A stretch of 64,000 bases of DNA from a virus. Taxonomy: Duplodnaviria; Caudoviricetes. The position numbers and the translations under genes were made by a program. Positions 58,426 to 64,000 of the stretch are shown piece by piece (position 1 is the stretch's first letter; the number at the start of each line of letters is the position of its first letter). The notes beneath the pieces were generated by a model. It searched no databases. It worked only from the letters and a program-made list of their open reading frames with translations, and was not told the origin of the DNA. The stretch spans positions 1 to 64,000 of IMG/VR virus record IMGVR_UViG_3300033074_000711; one strand, written 5' to 3'.

Positions 58426-59504
58426 TTTTTAACCGTGTTTTTAAATTTACTTAGTTGCGGCTGTGCGTTAATATCTATTAAATTAAAATTTTGTATAAAG
58501 TATTGTTCGCTTATTATTCTGAAGTCAACTTGATTTTCTGAACACCATTTTTTACAATAGTTAAATTTTATAATATTTATTTTTGTATCAGCTAATTTAC
58601 TTGGTTTTATTTCATATAAAATTTTATTTTTATCATCATAAAAATCTACTATATAATTATGAAAAACACCATCTATGTAATATGGTATTCTGATTTTTTC
58701 ATATAGTAAATTTTCATTTAATAAGTGAAAACAAGCTTCCCAATCACTTCTATATTTTATTTTTATATTATTTAATATTAAATATGATTCCCAATGTGTC
58801 CATGAATTTGTAATACATGGTGTGAATTTACCATCTTGTATTAACTTTTTCATTTTATTAGAAATTTTTATATGAGAATCTTTATATATTTTATAATATT
58901 TATTTTTAAATTCTTCAGATAACATTGTTTTCGAATTAGACTCTCTTATTTTTTGTTTAGTTTCTTCTGTGTGCCATACTCTATTGTTATTTTTTCTACT
59001 ATTTACACGTTTTAGTTTTTCAGACTTTGTTTGTTTTCTTTTTTTATTTCTTTCACTTGCCATTAATTTTAATTCATCTGCTCGTTCTTTTCCTAACCTA
59101 TCTTCATAACTTATACTATTAGCAATGCCTATTTTTTTGCGTATTTTATTTTTTTCTTCATCACTCATGTTTTTATGCCAATCACTAACCCGCTTAGATT
59201 TATTTAATTTGTTACATTCTATTGATTCACAACAATCTCTTATTTTGTGTGAACTTTTTATAAACATAGCTTTAGTTTTACCACAGTATTTACATATTAC
59301 TACATTAAATATATTATTTTGTATATAATATATTCTTTCATTTATTGAAACATTTAAGTATTCATTCAAAAATTCTGTTAAATTGTATATAGATTTTATA
59401 TAAATTTCATTTTTTTCTAATACTTTATTTCTAATTAAATTTCGTTTTAATTTATTATTTTTATAATTTATTACAAAATCTAAAATTTCATCTCTATTTT
59501 TCAT
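58410..59504 (-). CDS. free-standing homing endonuclease (Zn finger + NUMOD3-like + TnsA/gp4-like PD-(D/E)xK domain)
   Basis: CKYCG...CC...C; HTEETKQKIRES; YRSDWE, IPY, HNYIVDF, YEIKP. Confidence 0.8.
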   Translation of the reverse strand: MKNRDEILDFVINYKNNKLKRNLIRNKVLEKNEIYIKSIYNLTEFLNEYLNVSINERIYYIQNNIFNVVICKYCGKTKAMFIKSSHKIRDCCESIECNKLNKSKRVSDWHKNMSDEEKNKIRKKIGIANSISYEDRLGKERADELKLMASERNKKRKQTKSEKLKRVNSRKNNNRVWHTEETKQKIRESNSKTMLSEEFKNKYYKIYKDSHIKISNKMKKLIQDGKFTPCITNSWTHWESYLILNNIKIKYRSDWEACFHLLNENLLYEKIRIPYYIDGVFHNYIVDFYDDKNKILYEIKPSKLADTKINIIKFNYCKKWCSENQVDFRIISEQYFIQNFNLIDINAQPQLSKFKNTVKKWMLM

Positions 59505-60079
59505 AATATTTTATATAATTCTTCAATATTTATATATCTAATTTCATTTGTATTTTTATTTTTAATTGTTATTTTTGTGTCACCAGCCACACACTCATCA
59601 ATTATCAACAAAGATAATGCCTCAGACCTACCAGCATCTTCTGTTGTTGCTATTGCTGTAATTTTAGAATTATTTGCAAAACCTTGAGAAAATTTATTAT
59701 CATCAACTCTCTTAGTTCTAATCCAATCTGGTAAATATTTATAAATATAAGAAAATTTATGTATAATATTTTTAGCAACTGATTCTTTTGTTGCAATTAC
59801 TAAAATATTTTTATCATTTTTAAATTGAGTTAACCAAACAGAATAAGCTGAACTTAACCAAGAAATACCTAATTGCCTTGATTTATTTATTATATTCTTT
59901 TTGTGTGTGATTAATTCAAGTAAAACCTTTTCTTGAAATGGCCATAATTTAAATGGTATTTTACCACGTATAGGGTGCTGAATATAGCAATAGTTTTTTA
60001 TGAAATATACTGGGTCTATAGCACATTTTTCATATTCTATAGCCAAGTATTCTTTTATTAATGTATCTTCTTTTTGCAT
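59501..60079 (-). CDS. terL: terminase large subunit N-terminal ATPase part, with C-terminal split-intein N-fragment (IntN, 30 aa)
   Basis: DPVYFI, L.PFQ, Walker A KSRQLGIS, GRS, Walker B LLIIDE followed by CVAGDTKI...IEELY. Confidence 0.93.
   Translation of the reverse strand: MQKEDTLIKEYLAIEYEKCAIDPVYFIKNYCYIQHPIRGKIPFKLWPFQEKVLLELITHKKNIINKSRQLGISWLSSAYSVWLTQFKNDKNILVIATKESVAKNIIHKFSYIYKYLPDWIRTKRVDDNKFSQGFANNSKITAIATTEDAGRSEALSLLIIDECVAGDTKITIKNKNTNEIRYINIEELYKIL
59504..59593 (-). mobile_element. split intein N-fragment (block A, 30 aa)
   Basis: CVAGDTKITIKNKNTNEIRYINIEELYKIL then stop. Confidence 0.9.
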
Positions 60080-60087
60080 TTTAAATT

Positions 60088-60126
60088 AAAAAAATCCAAT
60101 ATTCATTTTTAATAAATATTGGATTT
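60088..60126 (-). terminator. hairpin/terminator upstream of terL, overlapping a late motif
   Basis: AAATCCAATATT / AATATTGGATTT 12-bp stem plus T-run. Confidence 0.6.
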
Positions 60127-60150
60127 AATAAAAAATGTGATAAAATAATA

Positions 60151-61431
60151 CTATTCATTAAAACTATATTTGAATTTATGTTGATTAGCATGTTCAACTT
60201 TAATATTCCGCTCCCAACTAACACCATATTTTTTATTTATGCCATATATTTTTTGAGAAGCTTCTGAAGTAGTGTTTAATCTATTAAGATTAAATTCACT
60301 ATTACCAACTAATGAGCCATTTACTATTAATTTACCATCTTTTAATTTTAAATCTTGATGGTAATGCCCTATTTCCATATAATCAAAACCACCTCTGCTT
60401 CTTCTTAGTTCCTGTTGATTTGCAAAATTTCTAATCATACCATAAACTGGTATGCCAGCGAAACCACCTCTAATACTATCACCGTGTGTTAATAAAAACT
60501 TCCTATCCATTCTATCAACAACTATAGCTGGACTAAGCGGTATATTAAACTTTATATTTTTATAATTACTTAATATTTGTTCAATTTGCTTGTAAATTAA
60601 ATAATCCCAATTATTGTAAATACCTTTACTAGGTGGTTTATTTTCTAATCTACCATGATTACCAACAACACATGTTATCTCTATTTCCTCAAAATGTTTT
60701 GACATCATTGCAATTGCTTGACTTAAAACATAAGATGTATTTAAAACAACTGGTATTATAGGAAATTCATTAAATTCTTTTTGATGTATCTCACCATGAA
60801 CAATATCTCCTAAAAAATCAATATATAATTTTCTAATATTTGATATATTTTTTTGATTTTCTACTATTTCTATTGTTTTTTCGCATAAAAAATAAACTCT
60901 ATTACACATTATTTCAAAATTATATTCACCCATATGTTCCATTTCATATGGATTTACAACCTCACCAGCATGAACATCTGAAATAACCATAACAACGTCT
61001 TCATCTATCTTTTTTTTATCATATTGAAAATTTTGAACTTTTTCTATATTTGGTAAATTAGGTATTGAACAATTTAACCCATCTATTATTTTTTCTTGAT
61101 TTTCAATCTCTTGTTTTAAAACTTTATTAATTTTTTCTTTTTCATTTAATTTATCTTTTAGTTGTTTTTCATTTAATTCTCTTTTAATCCAATCTTTTTT
61201 TGTTATTTCTAAATCTGAATCTATAACCTTTATTGAATTTTCTATTTCCTTTTCATTTATTATTGAAATTCCATTTTTAACATCACTAACCCTTTTAGCA
61301 AATGTGCTTAATTTTATGTTTTTTAATAAATCTGGTCGTTCTTCGTATATCTTTTTAGCAATTTCTATGTTTTTTAATTTTGTTGTATTTAATAAAATTT
61401 TAACAAGACTTTCTAATTCTTTACTATACAT
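60151..61431 (-). CDS. calcineurin-like metallophosphoesterase with N-terminal coiled coil
   Basis: SDVH, GDIVHG, GNHGR, THGD, GHYH, NGS; start placed at MYSKE (GAGG RBS). Confidence 0.85.
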   Translation of the reverse strand: MYSKELESLVKILLNTTKLKNIEIAKKIYEERPDLLKNIKLSTFAKRVSDVKNGISIINEKEIENSIKVIDSDLEITKKDWIKRELNEKQLKDKLNEKEKINKVLKQEIENQEKIIDGLNCSIPNLPNIEKVQNFQYDKKKIDEDVVMVISDVHAGEVVNPYEMEHMGEYNFEIMCNRVYFLCEKTIEIVENQKNISNIRKLYIDFLGDIVHGEIHQKEFNEFPIIPVVLNTSYVLSQAIAMMSKHFEEIEITCVVGNHGRLENKPPSKGIYNNWDYLIYKQIEQILSNYKNIKFNIPLSPAIVVDRMDRKFLLTHGDSIRGGFAGIPVYGMIRNFANQQELRRSRGGFDYMEIGHYHQDLKLKDGKLIVNGSLVGNSEFNLNRLNTTSEASQKIYGINKKYGVSWERNIKVEHANQHKFKYSFNE

Positions 61432-61438
61432 AAAACCT

Positions 61439-62068
61439 CTATTGTATTTTTGAATAAAAATTATTTTGAGAAATTTGTTTATCAAAAGATTTTATATGCA
61501 TTAAACAAAAATCTTCCGTAAATGGTAACTTACTATAGATTTTATAACCAACTAATCTTTCGTGAACTTTACCTTGATATTTAATATCTTTTTTATTTTT
61601 CCATATTCTCTGCTGTGGGTCTGGGAAGTTTATATAATTTTTTTCATTTTTATTCCAACCCATATTATTAATATAATCATCTGTTATACCATTAACTATA
61701 TTTATTCTACCCAACCAAAATAAATCGAATTTACTATTTGTTTTTAAAATATGATGTAAATTGGCTAATAATGACTTATTTGGATATTCATCAGCATCTA
61801 ATTGAAATATATATTCTTTAGTGCAATTTTGTATTAAAAAATTTTTTAATTCAGAAAAATCACCATTAAAATTGAATAACTTATAATTAGTGTTTTTTAA
61901 ATTTGAATTTAAAATTATATTTTGAATTTCATCTTTACTACCTTTATAAGAACTAAAATCTTGAACTACTACAACTTCATCATCATCCTTAATATAATCT
62001 TTTATTTTATTTATTAATAAATCAAATTCATAAATTTCATTTTTAACAGTTATTGCAAAACTAATCAT
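61439..62068 (-). CDS. glycosyltransferase family 2
   Basis: ISFAITVKNE, F...KN, QLDADE, PD.Q.R, VHE. Confidence 0.88.
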   Translation of the reverse strand: MISFAITVKNEIYEFDLLINKIKDYIKDDDEVVVVQDFSSYKGSKDEIQNIILNSNLKNTNYKLFNFNGDFSELKNFLIQNCTKEYIFQLDADEYPNKSLLANLHHILKTNSKFDLFWLGRINIVNGITDDYINNMGWNKNEKNYINFPDPQQRIWKNKKDIKYQGKVHERLVGYKIYSKLPFTEDFCLMHIKSFDKQISQNNFYSKIQ

Positions 62069-62538
62069 TATTGCTCCGATTTATGTTGACTTGTGTCTAT
62101 TAATATTTGTTTAACATCCATTGTAACACCAACTACACCACTTATTTTATTAAAAAAATATGTACGATATAATGGCACTCTACGTCTGATAAATGATTTT
62201 ATTGTATCATGATACATCGAATAAGGGTCTTGTGAATCCATCACTCTTCTTGCTGTATATACAATATCTCTAGATGGATTTGGTTCATATTTAATTCCTA
62301 AATTGTATAATAGACTTATAAAAGTAACAGGTTGTATATAATCTATAACCAAAGCGTGCATTTTACCTTCATAATTTGGATTTAATACAAACAAATGTGG
62401 ATTGTCATTATGTGGTGCATTTTTATATCTTATTCTTAAAATATTACCTTTTTTTATTCTGCTTTTAGTATGTGAATAATACCTTTGTATGTATTTTTTA
62501 TACAATGGTATGTAACTTACATATCCTGCTGTATCCAT
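62068..62538 (-). CDS. possible DNA end-protector (T4 gp2-like) protein
   Basis: G.I..I.Y...D.P.LFVL...HAL..DY, YRTY...KI pattern; weak. Confidence 0.4.
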   Translation of the reverse strand: MDTAGYVSYIPLYKKYIQRYYSHTKSRIKKGNILRIRYKNAPHNDNPHLFVLNPNYEGKMHALVIDYIQPVTFISLLYNLGIKYEPNPSRDIVYTARRVMDSQDPYSMYHDTIKSFIRRRVPLYRTYFFNKISGVVGVTMDVKQILIDTSQHKSEQ

Positions 62539-62539
62539 T

Positions 62540-62920
62540 TTAATTGACCATATTTAAATTATTAAAAAATGCTGTTATAAACTGAATACATTTATTAAAT
62601 TCATTTAATTCGTATTCTAATACTGAACCTGATGTAACTATAAACCATGTTAATTGTGATTCATTATTATAATCTAAAAAACAAGATATTTTTTGCGTTA
62701 TTAATGTAAATGGAAACCAATATAATTCAGATTCATTATTATAAACAATAAATTCTAATTGATTTTCTTTAGAATTTAATAATTTTTTTACTAACACATC
62801 ATCATTTTTTTTATAATTAGATTGTGATGTATATCCGCAATTTTCACAGAAATATATTTCAACAACATCATCATTTAATAATTCTAATCTTGTATTTTTA
62901 TTGCAATTGCCACATTTCAT
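62540..62920 (-). CDS. Zn-ribbon protein
   Basis: CGNC...CENCGY, YWFP. Confidence 0.7.
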   Translation of the reverse strand: MKCGNCNKNTRLELLNDDVVEIYFCENCGYTSQSNYKKNDDVLVKKLLNSKENQLEFIVYNNESELYWFPFTLITQKISCFLDYNNESQLTWFIVTSGSVLEYELNEFNKCIQFITAFFNNLNMVN

Positions 62921-62921
62921 A

Positions 62922-63128
62922 TTAATCCTTCAAAATTTTCTTATAAGGTTTATAATTTTCATTAAACTTATCACAATCAATAGAATAAAAATTATTAAAA
63001 GATTCATCTAAAAATATTATCATTTTGTCTTCGTCTAAAATTTTAGTTGCTTTAATTATTTGATTAGTATTTTTATTTATATATAATTTAACATCAGATA
63101 AATTAACCTTATTCACTTTCAACCTCAT
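62922..63128 (-). CDS. hypothetical protein
   Basis: 68-aa ORF. Confidence 0.55.
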   Translation of the reverse strand: MRLKVNKVNLSDVKLYINKNTNQIIKATKILDEDKMIIFLDESFNNFYSIDCDKFNENYKPYKKILKD

Positions 63129-63999
63129 CTATTGATAATAATTCTGGTAATTCTATTTCTTCAAAAACAGGAATATCTGGTATATATTGAGTTAATATTT
63201 CATCTAACTTTTTAGTCATATTATGTAATGAAAACTTTTCAGAATTAATTTTTGCTAAATTATTAGATTTTTCTAAAAAGTATTGATAATTTAACATACA
63301 ATTTATTAATGCTGGTGATATTTTAGTTTCATCAACGTTAAACCATTTAGATTCTTTTATTATAATATCATCCCAAACAGCATTTTTTTCAACAAATTCT
63401 AATGTACCTGGTAATAAAATAGAATGTTCTATATCTAAAAAATCTAACTGACCAGACCAAGCCGTTGTTATTATTGGCTTACCTGTTGTAGAAAATTCAA
63501 GCAAAGGTCTACCAAAACCTTCACCTTTAGTTAAACTAATCATACTTTTAATTTTTTCATGATTATATAAATCATTCATTTGATTTTCATCAAATTCACC
63601 TGTTATTATATAAATATTAGGAAATTTTATTTTATTACCTAATTTTTTTAATATTTTATTTTTTATTTGTTTTATTTTTTTGTTAAAATTGTTCATTTCA
63701 ACTTTACCAAAATTTATACCCACTTTTAAAACTAATCCTGGTTTTTCACTTTCGCTAACCGATTGAAACATACCTATTGAAAACGTTTCTAAGAATTTCT
63801 CAATTAATAATGATACATTTTTTCTATCTGCATTATTTATCATCCATTGACCAACAAATAAATATAAAAATTTGTTATCAATATTATTTAATAAATCCCT
63901 AATAGTTTTACTACAATAATCTTTTTTATAAAAAACTTTAGTATCTACGCCTTCAAATAAAACTTCAACAGGTTTCTGACAAACTAAAACATGATTATC
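63109..63999 (-). CDS. glycosyltransferase family 4 (GT-B), 5' end outside the window
   Basis: Frame stays open to the edge (..VLFEGVDT..LFVGQW); RKN, KGEGFGRPLLE, GKPII.T.WSG..DF. Confidence 0.88.
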   Translation of the reverse strand, partial: DNHVLVCQKPVEVLFEGVDTKVFYKKDYCSKTIRDLLNNIDNKFLYLFVGQWMINNADRKNVSLLIEKFLETFSIGMFQSVSESEKPGLVLKVGINFGKVEMNNFNKKIKQIKNKILKKLGNKIKFPNIYIITGEFDENQMNDLYNHEKIKSMISLTKGEGFGRPLLEFSTTGKPIITTAWSGQLDFLDIEHSILLPGTLEFVEKNAVWDDIIIKESKWFNVDETKISPALINCMLNYQYFLEKSNNLAKINSEKFSLHNMTKKLDEILTQYIPDIPVFEEIELPELLSIDEVESE

Positions 64000-64000
64000 T

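Noticed and set aside
5467-59328. All plus-strand ORFs in the track (e.g. 5807-6232, 21650-22051, 42684-43250, 52445-52894)
   Set aside because: They lie antisense to well-supported minus-strand genes, have S/F/I/L-rich shadow composition and lack RBSs
58410-59504. Group I intron explanation for the terL interruption
   Set aside because: The nuclease ORF overlaps both flanking ORFs, leaving no room for intron core structure, and intein blocks A/B/F/G account for the junction
1-64000. tRNA or rRNA genes
   Set aside because: No cloverleaf or T-loop signature found by eye in the intergenic gaps; a tRNAscan-SE/Aragorn run would be needed to exclude them fully

Overview
A 64-kb segment of a very AT-rich, large T4-like (contractile-tailed) bacteriophage genome, read with the standard genetic code. 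Every credible gene is on the minus strand. Positions 1-22,250 are an early/accessory region of about 60 short ORFs, organised behind a recurring sigma70-type promoter+RBS element (TTTACT-N17-TATATT ... GAGGT). This region includes a likely tRNA/RNA-repair trio (HAD_SAK-type phosphatase, cyclic-phosphate receiver domain, CCA-adding enzyme) and a 385-bp intergenic stretch where strand composition flips sharply. Positions 22,250-64,000 hold lysis/tail-fibre genes, a replication-recombination block (helicase, 5'-3' exonuclease, RecA/UvsX, SSB, a minimal PolA-like protein), baseplate/tape-measure/tube/sheath/neck genes, head genes (MCP, scaffold, protease, portal), terminase, a metallophosphoesterase and glycosyltransferases. 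Main highlights: (1) the terminase large subunit is a fractured gene joined by an atypically split intein (30-aa IntN, 113-aa IntC), with a free-standing NUMOD3 + TnsA/gp4-like nuclease between the halves; (2) a hidden +1/-2 frameshift candidate at a U7 run in the tail-assembly chaperone, opening a 64-codon extension missed by the ORF track; (3) a duplicated ~129-bp promoter+RBS+leader cassette fused to unrelated cargo proteins and ending at a predicted prohead-protease site; (4) an unannotated 43-aa basic ORF with an ArfA-like motif and an internal 13-bp hairpin. All family assignments come from motifs recognised by eye; no database searches were run.
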